The position numbers were made by a program, and so were the translations under genes. Below the pieces are notes generated by a model that was given only the letters and a program-made list of their open reading frames with translations, was not told the origin of the DNA and ran no database searches. Below are positions 1-10,787 of a stretch of DNA of 64,000 nt, one piece after another; the stretch's first letter is position 1, and the number at the start of each line of letters is the position of its first letter. Source of the stretch: the human T2T-CHM13v2.0 reference genome, Homo sapiens; the NCBI RefSeq assembly GCF_009914755.1, contig NC_060948.1, one strand, 5' to 3'.

Positions 1-1014
1 AAATGGAATCGAATGGAATGCAATTGAATGGAACGGAATAGAGTCGAATGGAATTGAATGGAATGGAATGGACTAGAGTGAAATGGAATCGAACCACAAG
101 GAATGGACAGGAATAGAATGGTCTCGAATTGAATGGAATCGTATGGAATGGCATCAAACGGAATGGAATGGACAGCCACGGAATGGAATGCACTCGAATG
201 CAATGGAGTCGAAACTAACGGACTGGAATAGAATGGACTCGACTGGTACGGACTCCAATGGAATGGAATCGAATGGAAGGGAATCGAACGGAAGGGAATC
301 GAACGGAATGGACTCGAAGGGAAAAGACTGCAATGGAAAGGTCTCGAATGGAATGGAAATTAATGGAATGGAATGGAATCGAATGAAATGGAGTCAAAAG
401 GAATGGAATCGAATGGCAAGAAATCGAATGTAATGGAATCGCAAGGAATTGATGTGAACGGAACGGAATGGAATGGAATCCAAAGGAATGGAATAGAATG
501 GAATGGAATCGAATGGAAAGGACTCGAATGGAAATCACTCGAATAGAATGCAATTTAATAAAATAGGATCAAATGTAATGGAATGGAATGGAAAGGAATC
601 GAAACGAAAGGAATGGAGACAGATGGAATGGAATGGAACAGAGAGCAATGGTATAGAATGGAATGGAATCATCTGGAATGGAATTGAATGGAATGGAATG
701 ATATGAAATGGAATGGAATGGAATGGAATGGAATGCCCTTGAATTAAATGGACTGGACTCGAACAGAGTGGAATGGAAAGTGTGGAGATAGAATGGAATG
801 AACTCCTTTGGGATGGTCTAGTAGGCAATGCAATCGACTGGCAGGGAATCAAAAGGAATGTAATCGAATGGATTGGACTGGAATGCAATGGACTCGAATA
901 GATTGGAAACGGAATGCAAAGAATGGAATGGAATAGTATGGAATGGAATGGAAAGGAATGGAGTGGAATAGACTAGAGTGGAATGGAATGGACTGGAAAG
1001 CAATGGACTGGAAT

Positions 1015-1029
1015 GGAACTTTCTTGAAT
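1015..1029. promoter_or_regulatory. Perfect three-unit heat-shock element consensus (HSE-A), recurring once per unit
   Basis: gGAActTTCttGAAt fits nGAAnnTTCnnGAAn. The motif match is certain; function is inferred. Confidence 0.55.
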
Positions 1030-2463
1030 GGACTGGAATCAAACGGAATGGAATGCAATGCAATCAAATGGCATGGAATAAAATAGAATGAAAGAGAATC
1101 AAATGGAATTGAATCGAATGGAATCGAATGGATTGGAAAGGAATAGAATGGAATGGAATGGAATTGACTCAAATGGAATGGACTAGAATGGAATGGATTC
1201 GAATGGAAGGCAAAGGAATGGAATCTATTGGAATGGACTGTAATGGAATGGAATGGAAGGGATTGGAATGGACTCGAATGGAATGGACTGCAATAGAAAG
1301 GATTCGAATGGAATGAAAAAGAATTGAATGGAATAGAACAGAATGGAATCAAATCGAATGAAATGGAATGGAATAGAAAGGAATGGAATGAAATGGAATG
1401 GAAAGGATTCGAATGGAATGCAATCGAATGGAATGGAATCGAACGGAATGGAATAAAATGGAAGAAAACTGGCAAGAAATGGAATCGAAATGAATGGAGT
1501 GTTATGGAACGGACTCAAAAGGAATTGAATGTAATAGAATGGAGTGGAGTGGACTCGAATATAATGGACTGGAATGGAATGAAATCACATGGAATGGGAA
1601 CGAATGGAATGGAATGGAAAGGAATGGAATCGAATGGAAAGGAATCGAATGGAAGGGAATGAAATTGAATCAACAGGAATGGAAGGGAATAGAATAGACG
1701 GTAATGGAATGGATTCGAATAGAATGGACACGAATGCTCAAATTGAATGGACTCGAATGGAATGGAAACGAAAGGAATGTCATCGAATGGAATTGAATCG
1801 ATTGGAATGAAATCGCATAGAATGGAGTGGAATCAAATGGAATTGAATCGAAAGGAAAGGAAGCGAATGGACTGAAATGAAATGGAATGGAATTGAATGG
1901 AAAGTAATGCAATGGAATAGAATGGAACGAAATTTCACGGAATGGAATCAAACTGAATGGAATCAAATCAATGGAATCAAATCAAATGGAATGGAAAGGA
2001 ATTGAATGGAGTAGATGGGATTGGATGGGATTGGAATGAAATGTACTGGAAAGGACTCGAATTTCATGAAACGGAATGGAATGAATTGGAACGGAATGGA
2101 CTCGAATGGAATGGAATGTCATGGGATGGCATCAAATGGAATGGCATCAAATGGAATGGAATCGAATGCAATGGAATGCTATGGAATGGAATGGAATGCA
2201 TTGGAATGGAATGTCCTCTAATGGAATGGATTCGAGTGGAATGGAATTGAATATAATGGAGTCGAATGAAATGGAATTGAAAGGAATGGGATCGAATACA
2301 ATGGAATATACTGGAATGTAACGTAATGAACTCGAATGTAATTGACTGGAATGGAATGTACATGAATGGAATGTAATCGAATGGAAAGTAATCCAAAGGA
2401 ATAGAATCTAATGCAATAAAATCGACTCAGATAGTGTAGAATGTAATGGAATGGAGTGCAGTG

Positions 2464-2523
2464 CAATGGAATGGAATGGAATGGAATGCAATGGAATGGA
2501 ATGGAATGGAATGGAATGGAATG
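2464..2523 (+). repeat. Longest near-pure (GGAAT)n tract of the unit; length-variable between units
   Basis: Lies between GTGCAGTGC and GGGATGG; 59 bp here, 34-84 bp in the other units measured. Confidence 0.85.
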
Positions 2524-2751
2524 GGATGGAATGGTGTGGAATGGATAGTAATGGACTGGAGTGAAATGGACTGGAAAGGAATGGACTCAAATTGAAAGGT
2601 CTCGAAAGGAATGGAGTCAAATGGAATGGTCTGGAATGGAATGAACACGAATGTAATGCAACCCAATAGAATGGAATCGAATGGCATGGAATAGAAAGAA
2701 ATGGAATCGAAGAGAATGGAAACAAATGGAATGGAATTGAATGGAATGGAA

Positions 2752-2905
2752 TTGAATGGAATGGGAACGAATGGAGTGAAATTGTATGCAGTAGAAGAGA
2801 ATAGAATGGAATGCAAGCGAAAGGAAAGGAATGGATTGGAATGGAATGGAATTCATTGGAATGGAAGGGAATGTAGTGTAATGGACAGGCCTGGAATAAA
2901 GTGGA
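2752..2905. other. DYZ1 diagnostic segment: 154-bp sexing-PCR target containing the unit's EcoRI (2849-2854) and HaeIII/StuI (2887-2892) sites
   Basis: TTGAATGGAATGGGAACGAATGG at 2752-2774 and GGACAGGCCTGGAATAAAGTGGA at 2883-2905 match my recollection of the Y1.2 primer and the reverse complement of Y1.1. Primer identity is from memory, not a search. Confidence 0.8.
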
Positions 2906-3262
2906 ATGCTACGGTCTCGAATGGAATAAAAATGTATGGAATGGAATGCAATGAAACGGAATCGAATGTCATAGAATGTAATGGAATGCAAAAAAATGGA
3001 ATCCAAAATCATTGACTGGAAAGGCTGGGTGTCGAAAGGAATTGACTCCAATGGAATGGAATCGAATGGAATGGAAGTGAATAGAATCGAACTAAATCGA
3101 ATGGAATGGAATTGATAGGAACGGAATGGAAAGGAATGCAATGATTTGGCATGGAATGGAATCGAATGGCATCGAATGGAATGGAATGGAATGCAATGGA
3201 ATGGAATGTATTAGAATGTAATGAACTTTAATGGAATGTACTCGAATGGATTCGACTGGAAT

Positions 3263-3277
3263 GGAATGTTCTGGAAG
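3263..3277. promoter_or_regulatory. Perfect three-unit heat-shock element consensus (HSE-B), recurring once per unit
   Basis: gGAAtgTTCtgGAAg fits nGAAnnTTCnnGAAn. Confidence 0.55.
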
Positions 3278-3542
3278 TGAATGGACTCCAATGGAATGGA
3301 TTCAAAAGGAATGGAATCGTACGGAATGGAATCTAATGGAATGCAATTAAATGGAAATGAATCAAATTGAATAGCACGGAATTGAATTGAATGGAATGGA
3401 ATGCAATGGAATCTAATGAAACGGAAAGGAAAGGAATGGAATGGAATGGAATGGGCTGGAATGGAAAGGAATCGAAACGAATGGAATGGAATCGAACTGA
3501 AGAGACTGGAATGGAATGCACTGGAATGGAAGGGAGTGTAAT

Positions 3543-3557
3543 GGAAGGTTCTCGAAA
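3543..3557. promoter_or_regulatory. Perfect three-unit heat-shock element consensus (HSE-C), recurring once per unit
   Basis: gGAAggTTCtcGAAa fits nGAAnnTTCnnGAAn. Confidence 0.55.
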
Positions 3558-3640
3558 AAAATGGAATCGAATGGAATGCAATTGAATGGAACGGAATAGA
3601 TTCGAATGGAATTGAATGGAATGGAATGGACTAGAGTGAA

Positions 3641-6600
3641 ATGGAATCGAACCACAAGGAATGGACAGGAATAGAATGGTCTCGAATTGAATGGAATCGT
3701 ATGGAATGGCATCAAACGGAATGGAATGGACAGCCACGGAATGGAATGCACTCGAATGCAATGGAGTCGAAACTAACGGACTGGAATAGAATGGACTCGA
3801 CTGGTACGGACTCCAATGGAATGGAATCGAATGGAAGGGAATCGAACGGAAGGGAATCGAACGGAATGGACTCGAAGGGAAAAGACTGCAATGGAAAGGT
3901 CTCGAATGGAATGGAAATTAATGGAATGGAATGGAATCGAATGAAATGGAGTCAAAAGGAATGGAATCGAATGGCAAGAAATCGAATGTAATGGAATCGC
4001 AAGGAATTGATGTGAACGGAACGGAATGGAATGGAATCCAAAGGAATGGAATAGAATGGAATGGAATCGAATGGAAAGGACTCGAATGGAAATCATTCGA
4101 ATAGAATGCAATTTAATAAAATAGGATCAAATGTAATGGAATGGAATGGAAAGGAATCGAAACGAAAGGAATGGAGACAGATGGAATGGAATGGAACAGA
4201 GAGCAATGGTATAGAATGGAATGGAATCATCTGGAATGGAATTGAATGGAATGGAATGATATGAAATGGAATGGAATGGAATGGAATGGAATGCCCTTGA
4301 ATTAAATGGACTGGACTCGAACAGAGTGGAATGGAAAGTGTGGAGATAGAATGGAATGAACTCCTTTGGAATGGTCTAGTAGGCAATGCAATCGACTGGC
4401 AGGGAATCAAAAGGAATGTAATGGAATGGATTGGACTGGAATGCAATGGACTCGAATAGATTGGAAACGGAATGCAAAGAATGGAATGGAATAGTATGGA
4501 ATGGAATGGAAAGGAATGGAGTGGAATAGACTAGAGTGGAATGGAATGGACTGGAAAGCAATGGACTGGAATGGAACTTTGTTGAATGGACTGGAATCAA
4601 ACGGAATGGAATGCAATGCAATCAAATGGCATGGAATAAAATAGAATGAAAGAGAATCAAATGGAATTGAATCGAATGGAATCGAATGGATTGGAAAGGA
4701 ATAGAATGGAATGGAATGGAATTGACTCAAATGGAATGGACTAGAATGGAATGGATTCGAATGGAAGGCAAAGGAATGGAATCTATTGGAATGGACTGTA
4801 ATGGAATGGAATGGAAGGGATTGGAATGGACTCGAATGGAATGGACTGTAATAGAAAGGATTCGAATGGAATGAAAAAGAATTGAATGGAATAGAACAGA
4901 ATGGAATCAAATCGAATGAAATGGAATGGAATAGAAAGGAATGGAATGAAATGGAATGGAAAGGATTCGAATGGAATGCAATCGAATGGAATGCAATCGA
5001 ATGGAATGGAATCGAACGGAATGGAATAAAATGGAAGAAAACTGGCAAGAAATGGAATCGAAATGAATGGAGTGTTATGGAACGGACTCAAAAGGAATTG
5101 AATGTAATAGATTGGAGTGGAGTGGACTCGAATATAATGGACTGGAATGGAATGAAATCACATGGAATGGGAACGAATGGAATGGAATGGAAAGGAATGG
5201 AATCGAATGGAAAGGAATCGAATGGAAGGGAATGAAATTGAATCAACAGGAATGGAAGGGAATAGAATAGACGGTAATGGAATGGACTCAAATAGAATGG
5301 ACACGAATGCTCAAATTGAATGGACTCGAATGGAATGGAAACGAAAGGAATGTCATCGAATGGAATTGAATCGATTGGAATGAAATCGCATAGAATGGAG
5401 TGGAATCAAATGGAATTGAATCGAAAGGAAAGGAAGCGAATGGACTGAAATGAAATGGAATGGAATTGAATGGAAAGTAATGCAATGGAATAGAATGGAA
5501 CGAAATTTCACGGAATGGAATCAAACTGAATGGAATCAAATCAATGGAATCAAATCAAATGGAATGGAAAGGAATTGAATGGAGTAGATGGGATTGGATG
5601 GGATTGGAATGAAATGTACTGGAAAGGACTCGAATTTCATGAAACGGAATGGAATGAATTGGAACGGAATGGACTCGAATGGAATGGAATGTCATGGGAT
5701 GGCATCAAATGGAATGGCATCAAATGGAATGGAATCGAATGCAATGGAATGCTATGGAATGGAATGGAATGCATTGGAATGGAATGTCCTCTAATGGAAT
5801 GGATTCGAGTGGAATGGAATTGAATATAATGGAGTCGAATGAAATGGAATTGAAAGGAATGGGATCGAATACAATGGAATATACTGGAATGTAACGTAAT
5901 GAACTCGAATGTAATTGACTGGAATGGAATGTACATGAATGGAATGTAATCGAATGGAAAGTAATCCAATGGAATAGAATCTAATGCAATAAAATCGACT
6001 CAGATAGAGTAGAATGTAATGGAATGGAGTGCAGTGCAATGGAATGGAATGGAATGGAATGCAATGGAATGGAATGGAATGGAATGGAATGGAATGGAAT
6101 GGAATGGGATGGAATGGTATGGAATGGATAGTAATGGACTGGAGTGAAATGGACTGGAAAGGAATGGACTCAAATTGAAAGGGCTCGAAAGGAATGGAGT
6201 CAAATGGAATGGTCTGGAATGGAATGAACACGAATGTAATGCAACCCAATAGAATGGAATCGAATGGCATGGAATAGAAAGAAATGGAATCGAAGAGAAT
6301 GGAAACAAATGGAATGGAATTGAATGGAATGGGAACGAATGGAGTGAAATTGTATGCAGTAGAAGAGAATAGAATGGAATGCAAGCGAAAGGAAAGGAAT
6401 GGATTGGAATGGAATGGAATTCATTGGAATGGAAGGGAATGTAGTGTAATGGACAGGCCTGGAATAAAGTGGAATGCTACGGTCTCGAATGGAATAAAAA
6501 TGTATGGAATGGAATGCAATGAAACGGAATCGAATGTCATAGAATGTAATGGAATGCAAAAAAATGGAATCCAAAATCATTGACTGGAAAGGCTGGGTGT

Positions 6601-7208
6601 CGAAAGGAATTGACTCCAATGGAATGGAATCGAATGGAATGGAAGTGAATAGAATCGAACTAAATCGAATGGAATGGAATTGATAGGAACGGAATGGAAA
6701 GGAATGCAATGATTTGGCATGGAATGGAATCGAATGGCATCGAATGGAATGGAATGGAATGCAATGGAATGGAATGTATTAGAATGTAATGAACTTTAAT
6801 GGAATGTACTCGAATGGATTCGACTGGAATGGAATGTTCTGGAAGTGAATGGACTCCAATGGAATGGATTCAAAAGGAATGGAATCGTACGGAATGGAAT
6901 CTAATGGAATGCAATTAAATGGAAATGAATCAAATTGAATAGCACGGAATTGAATTGAATGGAATGGAATGCAATGGAATCTAATGAAACGGAAAGGAAA
7001 GGAATGGAATGGAATGGAATGGGCTGGAATGGAAAGGAATCGAAACGAATGGAATGGAATCGAACTGAAGAGACTGGAATGGAATGCACTGGAATGGAAG
7101 GGAGTGTAATGGAAGGTTCTCGAAAAAAATGGAATCGAATGGAATGGAATTGAATGGAACGGAATAGAGTCGAATGGAATTGAATGGAATGGAATGGACT
7201 AGAGTGAA
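3641..7208. repeat. DYZ1 unit 2 (3568 bp)
   Basis: Anchor 3641 to 7209; shares head markers with unit 1. Confidence 0.95.
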
Positions 7209-10200
7209 ATGGAATCGAACCACAAGGAATGGACAGGAATAGAATGGTCTCGAATTGAATGGAATCGTATGGAATGGCATCAAACGGAATGGAATGGACA
7301 GCCACGGAATGGAATGCACTCGAATGCAATGGAGTCGAAACTAACGGACTGGAATAGAATGGACTCGACTGGTACGGACTCCAATGGAATGGAATCGAAT
7401 GGAAGGGAATCGAACGGAAGGGAATCGAACGGAATGGACTCGAAGGGAAAAGACTGCAATGGAAAGGCCTCGAATGGAATGGAAATTAATGGAATGGAAT
7501 GGAATCGAATGAAATGGAGTCAAAAGGAATGGAATCGAATGGCAAGAAATCGAATGTAATGGAATCGCAAGGAATTGATGTGAACGGAACGGAATGGAAT
7601 GGAATCCAAAGGAATGGAATAGAATGGAATGGAATCGAATGGAAAGGACTCGAATGGAAATCACTCGAATAGAATGCAATTTAATAAAATAGGATCAAAT
7701 GTAATGGAATGGAATGGAAAGGAATAGAAACGAAAGGAATGGAGACAGATGGAATGGAATAGAACAGAGAGCAATGGTATAGAATGGAATGGAATCATCT
7801 GGAATGGAATTGAATGGAATGGAATAATATGAAATGGAATGGAATGGAATGGAATGGAATGCCCTTGAATTAAAAGGACTGGAATGGAATGGACTCGAAC
7901 AGAGTGGAATGGAAAGTGTTGAGATAGAATGGAATGGACTCCTTTGGAATGGTCTAGTATGCAATGCAATCGACTGGCAGGGAATCAAAAGGAATGTAAT
8001 GGAATGGATTGGACTGGAATCCAATGGACTCGAATAGATTGGAAACGGAATGCAAAGGAATGGAATGGAATAGTATGGAATGGAATGGAAAGGAATGGAG
8101 TGGAATAGACTAGAGTGGAATGGAATGGACTGGAAAGCAATGGACTGGAATGGAACTTTCTTGAATGGACTGGAATCAAACGGAATGGAATGCAATGCAA
8201 TCAAATGGCATGGAATAAAATAGAATGAAAGAGAATCAAATGGAATTGAATCGAATGGAATCGAATGGATTGGAAAGGAATAGAATGGAATGGAATGGAA
8301 TTGACTCAAATGGAATGGACTAGAATGGAATGGATTCGAATGGAAGGCAAAGGAATGGAATCTATTGGAATGGACTGTAATGGAATGGAATGGAAGGGAT
8401 TGGAATGGACTCGAATGGAATGGACTGCAATAGAAAGGATTCGAATGGAATGAAAAAGAATTGAATGGAATAGAACAGAATGGAATCAAATCGAATGAAA
8501 TGGAATGGAATAGAAAGGAATGGAATGAAATGGAATGGAAAGGATTCGAATGGAATGCAATCGAATGGAATGGAATCGAACGGAATGGAATAAAATGGAA
8601 GAAAACTGGCAAGAAATGGAATCGAAATGAATGGAGTGTTATGGAACGGACTCAAAAGGAATTGAATGTAATAGAATGGAGTGGAGTGGACTCGAATATA
8701 ATGGACTGGAATGGAATGAAATCACATGGAATGGGAACGAATGGAATGGAATGGAAAGGAATGGAATCGAATGGAAAGGAATCGAATGGAAGGGAATGAA
8801 ATTGAATCAACAGGAATGGGAGGGAATAGAATAGACTGTAATGGAATGGACTCGAATAGAATGGACACGAATGCTCAAATTAAATGGACTCGAATGGAAT
8901 GGAAACGAAAGGAATGTCATCGAATGGAATTGAATCGATTGGAATGAAATCGCATAGAATGGAGTGGAATCAAATGGAATTGAATCGAAAGGAAAGGAAG
9001 CGAATGGACTGAAATGAAATGGAATGGAATTGAATGGAAAGTAATGCAATGGAATAGAGTGGAACGAAATTTCACGGAATGGAATCAAACTGAATGGAGT
9101 CAAATCAATGGAATCAAATCAAATGGAATGGAAAGGAATTGAATGGAGTAGATGGGATTGGATGGGATTGGAATGAAATGTACTGGAAAGGACTCGAATT
9201 TCATGAAACGGAATGGAATGAATTGGAACGGAATGGACTCGAATGGAATGGAATGTCATGGTATGGCATCAAATGGAATGGCATCAAATGGAATGGAATC
9301 GAATGCAATGGAATGCTATGGAATGGAATGGAATGCATTGGAATGGAATGTCCTCTAATGGAATGGATTCGAGTGGAATGGAATTGAATATAATGGAGTC
9401 GAATGAAATGGAATTGAAAGGAATGGGATCGAATACAATGGAATATACTGGAATGTAACGTAGTGAACTCGAATGTAATTGACTGGAATGGAATGTACAT
9501 GAATGGAATGTAATCGAATGGAAAGTAGTCCAATGGAATAGAATCTAATGCAATAAAATCGACTCAGATAGAGTAGAATGTAATGGAATGGAGTGCAGTG
9601 CAATGGAATGGAATGGAATGGAATGCAATGGAATGGAATGGAATGGAATGGAATGGAATGGAATGGAATGGGATGGAATGGTATGGAATGGATAGTAATG
9701 GACTGGAGTGAAATGGACTGGAAAGGAATGGACTCAAATTGAAAGGTCTCGAAAGGAATCGAGTCAAATGGAATGGTCTGGAATGGAATGAACACGAATG
9801 TAATGCAATCCAATAGAATGGAATCGAATGGCATGGAATATAAAGAAATGGAATCGAAGAGAATGGAAACAAATGGAATGAAATTGAATGGAATGGAATT
9901 GAATGGAATGTGAACGAATGGAGTGAAATTGTATGCAGTAGAAGAGAATAGAATGGAATGCAAGCGAAAGGAAAGGAATGGATTGGAATGGAATGGAATT
10001 CATTGGAATGGAAGGGAATGTAGTGTAATGGACAGGCCTGGAATAAAGTGGAATGCTACGATCTCGAATGGAATAAAAATGTATGGAATGGAATGCAATG
10101 AAACGGAATCGAATGTCATAGAATGTAATGGAATGCAAAAAAATGGAATCCAAAATCATTGAATGGAAAGGCTGGGTGTCGAAAGGAATTGACTCCAATG

Positions 10201-10787
10201 GAATGGAATCGAATGGAATGGAAGTGAATAGAATCGAACTAAATCGAATGGAATGGAATTGATAGGAACGGAATGGAAAGGATTGCAATGATTTGGCATG
10301 GAATGGAATCGAATGGCATCGAATGGAATGGAATGGAATGCAATGGAATGGAATGTATTAGAATGTAATGAACTTTAATGGAATGTACTCGAATGGATTC
10401 GACTGGAATGGAATGTTCTGGAAGTGAATGGACTCCAATGGAATGGATTCAAAAGGAATGGAATCGTACGGAATGGAATCTAATGGAATGGAATTAAATG
10501 GAAATGAATCAAATTGAATAGCACGGAATTGAATTGAATGGAATGGAATGCAATGGAATCTAATGAAACGGAAAGGAAAGGAATGGAATGGAATGGAATG
10601 GGCTGGAATGGAAAGGAATCGAAACGAATGGAATGGAATCGAACTGAAGAGACTGGAATGGAATGCACTGGAATGGAAGGGAGTGTAATGGAAGGTTCTC
10701 GAAAAAGATGGAATCGAATGGAATGGAATTGAATGGAACGGAATAGAGTCGAATGGAATTGAATGGAATGGAATGGACTAGAGTGAA
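7209..10787. repeat. DYZ1 unit 3 (3579 bp; extra HaeIII site)
   Basis: Anchor 7209 to 10788; AGGCCT at 7465-7470. Confidence 0.95.

Larger units (their letters stand above)
83..3640. repeat. DYZ1 unit 1 (3558 bp)
   Basis: Anchor-to-anchor distance 83 to 3641. Confidence 0.95.

Noticed and set aside
2017-2035. GGGATTGGATGGGATTGG as a G-quadruplex
   Set aside because: It has only two G3 runs and does not meet the four-run G3 pattern.
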